A DNA stretch of 62,151 nt, counting the filler, from Circinaria calcarea (taxonomy: Eukaryota): the NCBI GenBank assembly GCA_051942165.1. It is 3 parts of 3 records of this genome, joined end to end, with 100 filler letters (N's around TTAATTAATTAA, not from the genome) between each part and the next. Parts side by side here need not be neighbours in the genome. Positions count along the whole stretch, not along the records: positions 20,802 to 41,427 come from JAVECS010000168.1; 2 more parts are not named here. One strand, 5' to 3'. How positions within the stretch are numbered: position 1 is the first letter of the stretch; every line of letters begins with the position of its first letter. Positions 21,762-37,067 of the stretch are shown here, one piece after another. A program made the translations under genes and the position numbers. Below the pieces are notes generated by a model, which saw only the letters and a list, made by a program, of their open reading frames with translations, had not been told where the DNA came from and searched no databases.

Positions 21762-24011
21762 TTAGAAAACTCCGAATTCCGAACTCCCATTGCGGTCTTG
21801 GAGCATAGGGCTCAGCTCGGAGGGGCTATCAGCGTGTACGGTCCCATCGACTTCCACCGGCCCATCGGTTTCCACCGGTTCATCGACTTTCATATCATCA
21901 TCCACGTTCTCCTCCGATGGTTCTTCAAACTGTCGATTGACCCAATATACCATATCACGATCATAACCGACCACGTTCCAGACTCTATCCCTCAGAACTT
22001 TTGCAAACGTTTTCTCCGGATTGAAACAATCACATAGGGATGAGTCTAGATCTTCGAGGCGTTTTTCGTGTATCGGACGTAGGCGTGTGAGTACAATCTC
22101 TTCAAACTCCTCTCTCAATCGTCCCCACTCCTCAGGCTTACCCTGAAAGTTACCAAAAGATCCAGAACACTCAAAATCCTCTTCTCGATCTCGAGACAGT
22201 AGGAAGGTCGGATATGCCTTAATATGGAGCAATGGCTTAAACATAACACACTCCCAATCTAAAAGAGAGACGAGCTTGTCCTTGTCATCAACAAAAAGGT
22301 TGTGATGAGAGATATCTTCATGAGCAAGTATCGTTGGAACATCAGAGAGTAATCCACCATAGAAGTAGAGTATGACAATTCGTCGAAGAGACTTTAGCGA
22401 CGGTTGCGTACGCTCGCTCCAACGAGCTTGAGGCCCATACTTTGCTCTGTTCAGCTCATCCTCCCTCTTCTGTTCCTCTACGTTCATCTCTTTATAGAGT
22501 TTGCCCAACTCTTTCTCCTTCCAGGCTTGGTTTAGCTCAAGTGCTGTTTGGTAAAAAGGATCGTCCAATTCTTGCTGTTGAACATCCAACAAGGCATCGT
22601 AGTATTCAAATACAGTCTTGAATGGCCCTCGGTTGACGCTATAAGTCAACCGCCGATCCTGGGAGAATCGGTGCTCCACGGAAGGACCAATGAAGAATTC
22701 CATTTCTGAATTCGTCCAGCGTAGATAGATTCCGCCAATTGTGTCACTCTTGACCCTCGATAGCTCATCCGCCCAGTCAGCAACCTGATTCGTGATGCGA
22801 GCATGATCTTCGTTATCCATGTCAGTCCATCTTTCGTTAAGCTCTATGCCTTGAACCTTTTCCATCAGCATCCACTCTAAGCCTAGATGATTGTTGGTCG
22901 ACGAGTCGTATGCATAGATCACTGGGACGGGTATACTTGTAAAATGTCGGATGAACTCTGTGGTAGCTACCTCGCACTCGATCTTGTAATATGGGTCGAT
23001 AGGAAGCGGTATGCGAAAGATAAACTCTCCAGGTTCGCCAGTTACCTTGTTAAAAGTCTTGATGGTGTAGACACTGTTGTATCCTCCTTGATCATAAAAG
23101 TCAATGATAAGACGACTTTGATCCATACCGAGCCGCTCCAGAAGAGGCGTAGCAGTAAGTCGGATACGGTCGATGTTAGGTTCGATCTTGCAAAGTATGA
23201 CATTGCCGTGAAATAAAGTGTGGATACATCGTATTAGGCGTTGCTGCCTTTCAATTGAGAATGGTTGTGGGCCTTCATTAGACACGCGAATCGGATATTG
23301 AGGCTTTGCTAAGCTCTTGTAGGTTTCATATGAGATTTGCGGTGAAGAGGTTGAAGTTGAGCTAGAGCAACTATCATTATTCTCTATATCCTCGTTATCA
23401 TCGAAGGATCCGTTTTCACTCAAGAGAGGGCTTTCGACATCCTCTATCTCCTCATTGGTGTTGGAGGGTTCGCTTTCATTCGGTGGAGGGCTGTCATAGC
23501 CCTCCGCCTTTTCATCTTCATCCGAGGACCCTACATCGCTCAGCGGAGGTTTTACTGTTGGTGCTCGAGCAGAGTCGTCATGACCCATCTGTCTCAAGGT
23601 CTCGCAGGTCGGGCCGAGGTTGGCTCTCGTCAATTCATTGGATGAGGTCTTGGAACTACGTGGTCGTCAGCACATCGCGCTGTAACATTCGACTTGTGCT
23701 TACCATTTCTCGGATAGGTTATCTTTGAGCAGATCTGGTGGAGTTTTATCTGGCGTTATCATGCCCACCGGATGTTGTTGTATCGGTGTTTTTATGGTAC
23801 GAGGAAGCCTCTCTGGCTTAGAAAGCTCTTCTGCAACCATTTTGATGAATACCCGAGTTAGAGGCCCTCCTGGTATAGTGACTTGGCCGTGCAATATATG
23901 CTGGCCGGTTACTGATTGGTTTGCTACTGCTTGATCTGGCACAGCGTGTTCTAGCACCGCCTGGCCCTGTACAGGCTCAAATGTTGCCGCGTCTCTGTCC
24001 GTGTATATCAT
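21762..24011 (-). CDS. Aminoglycoside-phosphotransferase (APH) family kinase-like protein with acidic N-terminal region
   Basis: Motifs QGGYNSVY, FIFRIPLP, CEVATTEF, PVPVIYAYD, WMLMEKVQG, LAHEDISHHNLFV and LLDWE. An upstream exon (ATG 24011) joins in frame through a GTAAGC..GCTGAC..TAG intron near 23702-23655. The start is uncertain. Confidence 0.8.
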
Positions 24012-24549
24012 GTTCCTTAACAAACCAAGGGCATCTATGGTTAGCTCGAGCAGGTGAAAATCGATCTCTATGGCTTCTGATGGTCGAGGTAGAATAGGAA
24101 CGGAAGTACACTAAGGCAACAGGATGAGCCAGGAGTTTCACTTTCCCAGGAGTTCCTGTCTAAATTACTGTCATGGTGAATAAATTTGGAGGTTAGAGGT
24201 TGAACATTGAGTCAACAATGGAGGTAATAAAAATAACAGATAATAAATGTAAAAACATAAATACAAAAGTTGCCGAGGTTTGTAGAAGGAATAAAACGTC
24301 ATACCGCGGGTTGTAAGCTAATTAGGAATCGCGTTGCTAATGGTTATAGAATCCTGCTATCCTTGCTCCATCATTCATGTATAAGGACAAAGCTAGTAAG
24401 TACTTTCAAAATTGCTATACAGAAAGAAATCTAATACTTTTTACCCTGCAGATAGTAAAAAGCAATAATTGAAACCAGTTTACTTCTATAAGCTTATCCG
24501 TATTCTATTATCAAATAGAGTAAATAAATATCTAATTGTAAAGCTCAAT

Positions 24550-24694
24550 TGTCACGGAACGGGACTAGCCCTACACTGCCAGGCGCGCGGAGCGGGCTTA
24601 TTAGGCTCCGGCGACACTGTAGTTAGAAGCATTGCCCGAAGCTCCTGTGACTGAGGGGTACTGTCACTATCGAGTAAGCTGAGGAGACGTAACA
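24550..24694. mobile_element. Probable solo LTR (145 bp) in an AT-rich, RIP-like context
   Basis: GC-rich segment starting TGTCACG and ending CGTAACA (TG...CA termini, inverted repeat with one mismatch) inside TpA-rich DNA. No clear target-site duplication. Confidence 0.5.
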
Positions 24695-24966
24695 ATTCAA
24701 GCGTTATATGAAGATCTTGTAAATGATAAACCCCCGGGGGCTACGAATAGCGAGGTCTGTTAGATAGCCAAATTAGCTTTTGTATAAATGTTAAGATTTA
24801 AATCAATCAATCAATCGATGAGTGAGGAACACCTGCTATACTAAAGGAGGAATATGTCCGATTCATGGTATACCCTTCCCATGCTTGAAAGACATCCGTG
24901 GTATCAACCCTAGTATCGTCGACTCCTAGAAGGTACACAATTCCCAGCCTCCTAGCCTTCCATCTA

Positions 24967-27893
24967 TCACAACGCCCCTTTATCCTCCGCTCCCGCACCT
25001 TTGCCCTCCCCTCCCGCACCCTTCTTCTCGCTTGCCATGCTCAAACCGGCACATAACTTGCCAAAAGCCACATCTTCCGTGGCGGCAAAATAATCTAGCG
25101 AGTCGAGGAACAGCCCCAAATACCGGTTGAAGTGCTCCTCGTAATTTCCCAGCGCATCCTCCATTGTCACCATGTGGCCCGCGTCAAAGGTTTTCAAGCG
25201 CTTTGGAATGGGATGAAGGGGTGAACGAGATTCCCTAGAGAGGTAAGAGAGGGCGGCGGGTGTGCCAGCGAGTGAGGCATCAGCGGAGCACAGAGTACGG
25301 GACGTCGAGGTGATATGCGTAGTAAAGCGAGTGCAGACCTTGATGATTTTTCCCCATAGCTATCAGGGGCAGGAGTTAGTAGAGCTCATGTAGAGGAGTT
25401 GGTAAGGCTGCGGGGAAACATACCCGTAATAGTCGTGGGTTTAGAAGCATTAGTTCTTTCAAGCATGTATCAAGGAAATAGACATGGTCTAACATTAGTT
25501 CGTCAACGGTCCTGTTGACCCGCGGCCGGCCATCTCGAAGCTGTTGCGTCCTTACGTTAGTGGCGGATTCGTTGACCTTTTCCATCAAGATGTTCCAGTT
25601 GGGTTCGATAACTTCAAATGTACAATAGTATATGAGTTGCTGCACAAAGCTAAGCATTCGTGCTCGCAATGTCCATGATCTTCGCTTCCACAGCTCCAGC
25701 TTCCGATTCGAGGATTTGTGCGTCCAGCTCATGATTTTGGTGTGGTCTTCCCAACTATTGACGATAAGGCTCTCCAGATGCCGCATCGAAAGGATGTACC
25801 GAAAGATGATCTGATATCGTAAGACATTCTTGCTATTGATGACAAGAGACACCGGGAATGGTACGGAGTACTTGAATTCGAGCGCTTGGAACCCGCTCAT
25901 CTTGTTATCGTCTTCCACCGCAGCTTGCGTTATCTGTGTTAATGATGTTCGATTTTGTGACATAACCTCGTCCGCTTCGTCTCCTTCATACCCCGTGACA
26001 CTGACGACACTCAGGAGAAATTTGGTCAAGGGCCAATTACTCATGTTGACCTTTACATCTTCTTTGTAAGGGTCTTGAGCCGCGACACTACCAGGCTGCC
26101 GAAGAACTAGGTCAAGAAGAGCCTGTAGCTTGCTTTCGTTGACTGATTTGGCAGGTTTCTTCAGCTCCGTATCACTCAGCAAGAGAAAATAAGAGAAAAA
26201 GTCGGAGTGATCAAGGAAGAAGTAATGTTTCATTGATCGAAGACGAGCTGGTAGAGCGTGAGTTGTGACAAGCAATTTCAAGAGAGCTGAGTTCGCATGA
26301 GCATATGCTCCATTGACATTACCGAGGAATCTTGGATCGTCAAAAGTTTTCGGAACTTCTTTGACCTCATTACCGATATCGACACCTCCACATTCCCTGA
26401 CAACGTTGAGGTACTTTCCAGCCAAGAGCACCTTTTCCTTTATTGCTTCAAGCTGCGGTGGTACATCAGTGTCACGAATAGTATATCTCTTGTCCCAATA
26501 TTGGTCTGTATAGTCTTCTAATAGCTTGTCTTTCCCTATAACCTGCTCTTCTTTAACCAAGAATTCAGCGTGAGGGTCCTTGATGCCTCCATGGTGGAGC
26601 CATTCGTTCAGCATGGTCATATAGGGTCGGCTAGCGTCTTGTAGCAGTCCTTGGAGAACATCTCTTGCGGCCGGATCTCCTGACATGAAGGAAAGCCGTT
26701 CCGTGAGATGGCGCAGTATATTTCCACCTTTGCAGATTTTGGATGACCTGCTTCCTGGAACAGGGTCACCGTCTTCTTTGAGCTGTTTAAGTATTTTATC
26801 ATCGTCAAAATCATCAACAAACTCCTCAGGATCGTCTTCTAATAACGAATTCTTCCGGAGCAGCTCTTGACCCAAGACGTAGAGTTGGAACATCTTATGC
26901 ATTGTTGGTAAAATTTGAATATGAAGAATATGAAGTGTGAATGAGGTGTTCGAAATGAATTGATTTTCAAGTTGTGCTATCAGTATAAGATACTCTTTGA
27001 GTAGCTTGCGCATCGAGGAGCATAGCGCGTGGTTGATCATACCAAATTCCCCCCTACTCTGTACTTCGACAAACGCTTCTACAGCACAGTAATGGGTAGC
27101 CATTTTCAGCATCGTCGTCGTAAGATCTCGCAAACTAGGATCCAACCCAGGTAGAATTGTAAAGCTTGGTCCAACCAGGCGGTCGTTTTCAACCATTGGG
27201 TTATAGGATTTAGCAAAGCGAATGTATTGCCCTTCATGGCCCATGAACGCAAAGAGTAAGTCTTCAACTATTGCTGATTCCTGAAGCTCAGAGGACAATT
27301 GATTTAGAGGTTGCGGCCATAATGCATCGGGGAGTCGCGATGACAGCGGCGGTGCTGATACCCGAATAGCCAAGGGCGCGGATGTGTGAGCCACCAGCGT
27401 AACCTTTGGGTTCCACTGCGCTGAGACATGACTATGTCAGCTATGCAGCCAATGTGTTCTCTCACGAGACAAAGAACTAACGAAGGGCTTCCTTCCTACT
27501 CCTTGGCCGTGTCGCCTCATCATCGACAGTTTTCGCCCTCCACGAGTCCTTCTTTTCTCCCCTAGCCTTGGTAACATCTCTCTCCCGATCCTCTGCTACA
27601 GGTCTCACACTTTTCCTCGTCCGAATTTGAAATGCGTCCTCGGATATTATCTGCGTTCTCTCTGTCCGCCTTCCCTCCAAGTTTCTGTAAGATCCATTTA
27701 TCCCCGACGATGCTAGAGTGGTCTTCCTAGATGGGGCATTGCTGGCAGAGTCCTGCGGCCCCAACTCGCTGCCCAGCTCCGGGGAATCTGCGGCTCCAAT
27801 GCGTGAAGATGGCACGCGTGATCTTGCGCTCGCGGTCGCAACTGATCTTCGCGTAGTCCGGGGGACATTTCGAGCGGTTTCTAAGCTTGACAT
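24967..27893 (-). CDS. SPC97: Gamma-tubulin complex component GCP2 (Spc97/Alp4)
   Basis: QESAIVEDLLFAFMGHEGQYIRF, PYMTMLNEWLHHGGIKDPHAEFLV, KVLLAGKYLNVVRECG, RLRSMKHYFFLD and YSVPFPVSLVI. Three exons spanning ORFs 27477-27893, 25376-27394 and 24967-25197. Confidence 0.9.
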
Positions 27894-28283
27894 GACAGCG
27901 CATCCTCAACAAAGCCTTTAATGACAATGCCTCAATATGGTCGAGTGTTGGCGGTTTTCTGCTGTGCTTCTGCTGTGAAACGACGCGACGTGAATATTTA
28001 GCGAGGAATACAATTTCAGCCCTATGTAATACGCTTGACTGATTCGAGACAGCTCTTTCGGTGAAACAGAGGAGCCGCAGCTCCGGAGACTTGCGTAGAC
28101 TTGAGAGTGTACATCTTCAATTGAGTGGGAGCTAACTATCTTCCCATTAGCCAGCATCACCGCCTTTTAAGGAACTTCAAAACGACTCAGCTCACTTCCA
28201 CAATAGATATCCTACCTCATCGCTGCTTGCAATCACCCGAGGTCTTTTTTCTTTCTTTGTCCTAGATCTAATCGACTTGCAAT

Positions 28284-29236
28284 ATGTTTATTGCCAGATC
28301 TGAATACGGTAAGTCCCTCAGCCTGCACTTTACTGGTGATTCTATTTGTTAATGGGTGAAAGATCGCGGTGTCAAGTACGTATGTAATCAATGAGATGGC
28401 AGAAGCAGGCTGAGCTCCGAAACAGCACATTCTCCCCCGAAGGTCGCCTCTTTCAGGTCGAATACTCCCTAGAGGCTATTAAGCTTGGCTCAACCGCAAT
28501 AGGGGTAGTCAACTGCGCTCCGACGACACCTGATTTATGCTTACACGTTCTAGGTCTCGACTAGCGATGGCGTCGTCCTCGGCGTTGAAAAGCGCGTCAC
28601 CTCTACCCTCCTCGAGACTTCTAGTGTAGAGAAGATCATCGAAATAGACCGTCACATCGGGTGCGCCATGTCCGGGCTTCAAGCCGACGCGAGGTCCATG
28701 ATCGAGCATGCACGGGTGGAAAGTCAAAACCATGCCTTCAACTACAACGAGCCGTTACGGGTCGAAAGTTGCACGCAAGCTATATGTGATTTAGCGTTGA
28801 GGTTCGGAGAAGGAGCAGAGGGCGAAGAGAGCATCATGAGTCGACCGTTTGGAGTGGCGCTACTGATTGCCGGGATCGATGAAGATGGACCACAATTGTG
28901 CGCCGCAATATCTCCGGATCAGACTTCACAAGCGGATAAGACAAACTAACAACTGGCAGATTTCACGCCGAACCCTCGGGAACCTTTTATCGCTACGACG
29001 CCAAAGCTATAGGCTCGGGCTCAGAAGGAGCGCAAGCCGAGCTCCAGAACGAATTTCACAAGTCACTCACCCTGCCTGAGGCGGAAGCCCTGGTGCTCAA
29101 GACACTGAAGCAGGTCATGGAGGAGAAGCTGGATTCGAAAAATGTACAGTTGGCGAGTGTTACCAAGCAGAAAGGATTCCGGATTTACTCCGATGCGGAG
29201 ATGGAGGAAGTTGTCAGTAGATTACCTACGAATTGA
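28284..29236 (+). CDS. PUP2: 20S proteasome subunit alpha-5
   Basis: [39 protein letters not shown]...[50 protein letters not shown]; multi-exon. Confidence 0.95.
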
Positions 29237-29548
29237 AGTTGCATTAGAAATCGGTTTTCGGCCGCATTCATAGATTACTTGTTGCCCGCATGCCTTTGAC
29301 CTTTTCTTTTGTGAACAGTCACAATGATCCATCACCTGCTCTATTCAACAGGGCCCTACTTAGCCTCCATCCATAATGCAAAGGCAATGCGCATCCAAGT
29401 TTTTACGCAAAGGTACTCGCGGCGTTGCGGTAGAGATGTGTCCTATGTGACGGTCGCCTTCCAAACATGCCACTCAGGAGGCACCGACACAATGCTGTGG
29501 AGACCCAAACGCCCATTACCTAACCTTCATCAAAGTCATATGCAGTGA

Positions 29549-30620
<1,072 letters not shown>

Positions 30621-32139
30621 GATGGCTGTCAACTCCAACCACCAGAGGTGTTTTGGTGTTTAGCAACTGCAAAACGGGCGGGATTAGGATACGAGGGTCT
30701 CGCTTCGTTCATCAACGAGGTTTTGATTAAGTTCTGATATCGGCGATCCCGGCTCCTTGGGCACCAGCCCACTCGCCTTACCGGGACCTTTTTTTTTAGC
30801 GGCAGCCCTCGCTTCCACTTATAGCTCGGCGCCTCTCCCGAATGAGTCGAAACTTGACCTATTCTGGGACATGAGCTGTTCGGAAAACATATTGCTTGAC
30901 CTTGGCCACCTAAAGTAAGATAGGTCTGATGTTACAGCAGTAGCGTATCGTGTATTCAGGATTACAGGTTTTAAGTAGAGCAATTACTCTTTTGGTACAT
31001 CGGCGAGTTCCAGAGCACATACCCAAGCGAATTTGAATGACGAGCTGAGGTCGTTGTGGTTCTTGTAATAAGAGAATTGGACCAGATCAAGTACGACCCT
31101 GCGGTGCATATGCCCGGTCCTTTGTTCCCATCCAGAGAGAATATCCTATGACCTGTCACTCGATGATCCGGGCGAGAGCATGCCCGGCAGGAATCCTCCT
31201 TCCGTTGGCGATTATCTGACTTTGGAATAGAGGTCGTGCATGTGACATGACCCATTGTAATGGTCTCCAACAGACGCGCTAATGAGCCTCCTCTTCGAGA
31301 TTGGATGAGACATACTCGCTACCGCTGCCATGGGTTCCCCTCGGTCCGACCCCAGGCTCGCTCGCCGTGCTTCCTGCGTAGTACTATGGTGGTGCTATCA
31401 CGAAGTCGCTGCTCCCACCCGTTCGTCTCCGTCATTGCACCCCTTCTACTGTCTATGTTCGGTGACGATGTCGTAGTCAGACAGCTTTGAGGATTCTTGA
31501 AGAAACAGTCGTACGGGAACAGGCCTCGTCGAGCTCCGAGCTTTCTTTGGGCGAGATCAACCGGTTGTGTAACCATTGGTCTCCTGTCCTCTCGAGGCAG
31601 TTTTCACAGGCTGCCCCAATTCTTACAGAACAACCCAGTTACCAACGTCGACTACGTCGTCGTCTCCTTCGGAAATTCCGAGGCAGATATGCGGTAAAGT
31701 TACCGTGCGTACGAACGTTACTCCTTTTAGCATCGAAGAGACGGCATCGTTTCGAAAGGTGCCCACTGCAAACGTGGCAGCTATAAGCTCGAGTCCTTCG
31801 ATGTAATCGAGTGCAACCGAAGGCCAAATCTGTCTAGCAGCCAACGTTTGACTGCTTCTCCTAATTACCTAACATCGACACAAGAAAGAGGTGAGAGATT
31901 GAACCGGACGCTAGAATTGGAGTATGCGGTAACATCCATTAGATCAAGTGGTGCACGAACCTTGACAGCCAAAAGTGTGGATTTGGCAATTGAAATATAT
32001 TTAAAGCTTTAACATAGACTACATAAGGTCAGACAATACGGCGACCTAACGTACGAGCTTCTTAGCAGGTGGAATGAATGAAAACCGAAACCGTCCATGT
32101 GGAAACCCCGGCCGAAACCCATGAGATGCTCTAGCCTCC

Positions 32140-33903
32140 TCATCCGCTAGGCTTTCTCCCTATGGAGACATATCTGTGGTCGTCAGCATAACATATTGGC
32201 TAGTGGTAATCAAAAGCATACATGGGAAAATATGCCTTGAAGCTAGGGTCAATGGCGATCGCGCTTGCACGTCCGACCAGTTCGTCAAACGCATCAATGC
32301 TCATGCCTAGGATTCTTGTGAAAGGATACAAGGACAATGTCCCCAAGCAATGTTGGATTATGTCCCTGTTTGCGCATCCAATTCGCCTCCCCCGAGCATC
32401 TGGGGACAAGTCATCAGCGGACAAGCACAAGAACGGTTTAAAACAGACATGCAGTAGATCCTTGCTTTGCCAAGATACTCAACAATGGGGTACAAAGAGG
32501 TACAGTACAGCAGACAAATCTAAGACGGTGAAAGATCAGAGTTGACTCACCGTTCGCCCACGCACACAGAGGCATAGGCACCATCCTACTCTCGATATCG
32601 ACCAGGCCAGCTGCTTTGAACATGTTTTGCAGCTGTAGTGGAGCTCGAGGATCCTTGTTCTCTCCCAGTGCCCTTATGTAATGCTCGCTCCACTGGCGCA
32701 GAGCATTGTCGTCAGAGATTGAATCATTGTCCGACTGACACATATAATAGCATTCGACCATCTGTACCCAGCCTCCCGGCCTTAAAACCCTTGTCATGAT
32801 CAGCTCAATTTGATAGCGTGACTCGTCCAGAAAATGCCTCCACTAACTTACCTGACGATATCCCCGATGTAGGTTGGCCATCTAGTCCTGTTGATACCAC
32901 CGCCAACTAGCCGAGAGTGGACAAGATCAAAGGTATTAGATCTAAAATTGAAAGGCTTGTTGAGATCATCGAGCTAGAGGCTAAATCAGCACCATTTCAA
33001 GTCGATGAAGGCTTCGAAGAAATAGGTTAGGCATATCATGAGGGAGGAGCAAGGATGATAAATTCATATCCATGGAGCGTTTATACGGCGCTCGCAAGCC
33101 ATAGCATGGCCGATTCGGGGCCTACTGTGAGAGTCACCCCTTGATGCATTGCCTCCCAATTTCATATCAAGGTTCAGCCAGACAACAAGATATTAGGTCA
33201 ATAAATGAAGCTTTCGTCCAGCAGGACGTCTAACATGTACAGTTGAGAGGGTTTTGTTCTACCACTTGCGAACAACCTAGCTCTCCCGACATAGAGCATC
33301 AAGTCGAATCGGTGATGAGGGTGTTGATGCCTGGTCTCTGTCTCACAAGAGAAACTTTTGAGAGCGATGAAAGCGTCATACCTGTGGCCAGAAGTTTTCT
33401 GGTGTATCATCAGATTTTAGCTGGGGCGATATATCAACGCCGACAACCTGCTCAACGTATATAAGTACGTTCCTCCTGCTTTCGAGGGCCAACGTCCTAC
33501 GCTGCTCCCGGGATAGGCATGGGCCACTTCCACTGCCCATGTCGCAGAACCATATCCAAGGTCCAACACGTTCTTGATGCTCGTCAGGGGTGGGAATATC
33601 AGTCTGCGGTCGAAGAGTATATCAAGGACCTTATGTTGACGGTCCAAGCTTTCGGCTTCTTCCTATCAACGATTTGTTTAGGCCAGGGCTCTATGGGCAT
33701 CAGTCAATGGCACGTACCTCGTCCACAGGTTCGAAGTGGATAGCATGATCGATCGAATACTTTTGGTATTCTCGCCCATGTATGATCACGGTACGACGGA
33801 ACTGGCTATCGACAGCCGCCGGATCAGAGTGAGGATCCCTAACCACACACGTTCAAATTAGTGTCGTTGGTTTCAACACGGATTGGCGTTTGGAATACAC
33901 CAT
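32140..33903 (-). CDS. LaeA-like class I SAM-dependent methyltransferase
   Basis: Spliced product includes HGREYQ, PVDE|EEAESLDRQH, VLDLGYGSATWAVEVA, VVGVDISP, LDDLNKPF, FDLVHSR, VLRPGGWVQMVE and YVSIGRKP. About 7 introns. Confidence 0.85.
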
Positions 33904-36900
33904 GACTAGTCTCCTGAAGCTCTCGGGAAGATCCAGTGTACCGAATTTCTCTGCTTGTCTTTAGGCATATGAAGTATTGGAGAGAGCTTAAAATTCCCAG
34001 CTGGCGTTTTGATATGGTGTTGAGAGACGGTGGTTCGTTCTTGCGTGCGAGGGTATTCTCGTTATTCGAATGGCGGCTTCCTCGTTTTTATTTCCATGAC
34101 CGCACCTGACCCGGAAGACGAGGGGATTTGAGTGCTGGATAGATATCGCTGCTGCGGCTAGGCATGGCCGTGGTGCATGGACGGAAGCAGCATCCTTCGG
34201 TAGGCTAGACGACCGATGTTGCAGGCCGGATCCTTTGGAGCCATAGAAACCAGGTACAGGTCAAGTAGCTCGTGGGGACTGGCTCGACGAAAGTGCTCGA
34301 CCCGAGCATTCCCCTTCGACTAACCACTTCAGTGCCAGCAGGGGCTTCAGGTAAAGCAAGTTGTCAGGCACGTAATCAAGCATCCGTGGGTGTACCTAGG
34401 TATGGCCTACCGAGCTAATGTTGTCAGTCTGCTGCGGAGACGCGGTCGACCATACAGAGGCACAGCTGAAAGGCACCAGCGCAGCAGTAGAACGGCGAGG
34501 ATGCCGCTCGCCGCCGATGCATTAGCTGGGGGTTGTGAGCAGTCGGATATCATCATTGCTCTCCACCTCCCTCACGTATTCTGGATTGCTACATCGTTCC
34601 GTGTACAGCTGCCATTGTCGTTGCCACTCGAGTGCATGATTGATTATCTACTCGTGCTATGGAGGTGCATCCACAGACTATCACCCTAATCCCAAAGTGG
34701 ACCACCTTTTGCTTTTCCTTCCAGCCATGATGTCCCTAGTTTTCTGGCACAGCTACTCACATCAGTGATAGGAGTCTGGCCAACTTCCAATCACGTCGCC
34801 TTTACAGCTGGAGCGGATTGCATAGGCAATATGTACAAGAGGAATTCCCTGTTCGAACACGAGGTTTCATTGTGGCAATGCAATATGTTGTACAACATAC
34901 GTACGAAGGCCTGGGGAATTCTTATCGTCAACAGTTGCTATCGAGGTTACCTTCTGGCAACATGATCTCGTCCCCCAAAGGGTTCGGCAATCTGCATGAA
35001 AGGAACTCCGTATCGAATCACACACATGCATAATTTCGCACCCCAAGCCATGTGCAGCATCAAACCCGTTGACATGGCGTTGGGTCGAATGCGGTTCATC
35101 GTTCTTAATGCGTGATAGCATCGGTGGTCACACAGTACTCGTATACCACCACGCCTACGAGCCCGATATTCAAGGTCGGGCATCAACAATATTGTCGATC
35201 AAGCGTACACCGCCACTTCGGCAAGGCCGATTTCCGCTTTTCCTGCTTATACTGCTAGGATACGATAATTGTCGAATATCATAATAGGTGTGGGAGCCCT
35301 TCATTCAAGCATCTATCCGATCCCATTCTAGTATGGACTGACTGTTTCTGACATACATGTGGGTACTTTCTAAGGACTGGACAACTCATGCGCCTAGATT
35401 ACTTGAACCTTCAGCAACGAGAGCCTAACGGAAGAGATATCATTGTATCCCCAACCTATCATCTGCGTCAGTCGTTTAGCCGGAACATGCCGTCCCGAGA
35501 TGAGCAGTGATACTCACCAAGGTTGGTTCGCGGATCTAGTGATTTCTTTCCGGCGAACGCCCCGCTGCAAGTCAAAATCGCTCGACCAAGCATCGGAAGC
35601 TGCGCAAGCTTCCGCGTCTGAGTGCTTTAAGACTCTAAGGGTCATGACAGGGGTATCGGACCTCCGATTTACATCTTTCAAATCCAAATCCACCGGCGAT
35701 GCAAGAGTCCAGACTGAACGGTCTGGGATCTGCGATGTTTTGAGGAGGTGGAGTATTCGAGAAGAATGGAGATCTCCATTCAGAGCACGAAGACTCGCAA
35801 CCTCAAGGAGATGAGTCCTATCAAGGTGCATTGCATTCGCTCGCCGCGTGACTGCAATACATCTACTAAAGCATCTACTCCGACTCGAGGCCGTTCTATC
35901 TTGATTATTCCGCATTACTCCAGAGAGACTGGATCGAGCAGCACAACACAAGGCGTTTGGTCTAGCACCGACTGTCGGTTTGCCATCAATCACAGGCCGC
36001 ACATGGCCTCGAGGGGGATGTCTCTCAATTTCCCAGCAGTGAACCACCGACCTCTGGTTCTGCGATGAAGAATGGCGCGCCCTGCTTTTGCCGCCGGTTG
36101 TCAGTTATCACGGTTCAGGTTCCCTTGTGTGATTTGGACGCAACTGGATGTTAGTGAGTATATCAGCTGGTGATGGCTATATCGTCATACCTACTTAGGC
36201 AGACCGGCATCAGGTATCTCTGCTACCTACAATTGGATGGATATTAGGTAGAGCATTGAATATCATTGGAGGATATCGCCCCTTATATTGAGTGTTTATC
36301 TTGTGGGCCTGACTGGCTAGTCCCTTGAATTGTAATTAATTCTTGCAGCAAGGCGTCGACGTGACTCGGAAGTAATATATCCCAGCTCTTCTAATGGGGG
36401 CGTATTCACTCTGTCTCATGCCTTCTGTACTTCCGACCGAAGGCCCATTGCATGTAAAGCTTTTGTCGCTGGATACTCCTGACTTGCCACAAATGACCGT
36501 GGAGGGAAGGTACTTTGCCCCCCGACTCGATTTAGCAATCCCCCAGGTCAATGCGCAGGTGGGAACTAAGGTGGGACTATAGTAGTCATGTCCGCTAGAC
36601 TAACTACTATAGTAAGAGCAAGGCTGTTACATGTGTGCATGTCCTAAGTTCTCCGGTGCGTCATTTGCCGCGACTACCCTAGAACAAGTGACCACATAGC
36701 GGTAATGAAACTAAAGTGCGACGGTTTTATTATTGTTAAAGCTAACTGGCAAGGCAATAACTAAAGTGCCTAGCCTGTCCGGAAATTGCTCGATTCCTTC
36801 TTGGGGGCACCATCCCTCTTCTGACCGTACTTGGAAAGATACACATTGATCTTTCCTACCGTCCGAGATGATCGAAAGGGATACATGGACGTGAAACATC

Positions 36901-37067
36901 TTCTCCCCAGACAGATCCCTGCGGCCGACATCGCAAGTTTCATCGAACAGTAGACCCCCTATCTCGCCAAGATTTCCTTTTGGAGGGGCAAGCCGCGGAC
37001 CGGTCCACAAAGGAGATAGCCAATCAGCAGGTCGAAACTCTCAACCATCCGAATAAACGTCTCTGAG

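Noticed and set aside
30971..31844. Overlapping short ORFs between KRR1 and the methyltransferase
   Set aside because: No recognisable motifs or consistent splice pattern; probably promoter or UTR sequence.
35443..36068. ORFs of 106-177 aa on both strands
   Set aside because: No family motif and mostly non-ATG starts; cannot be supported as a gene.
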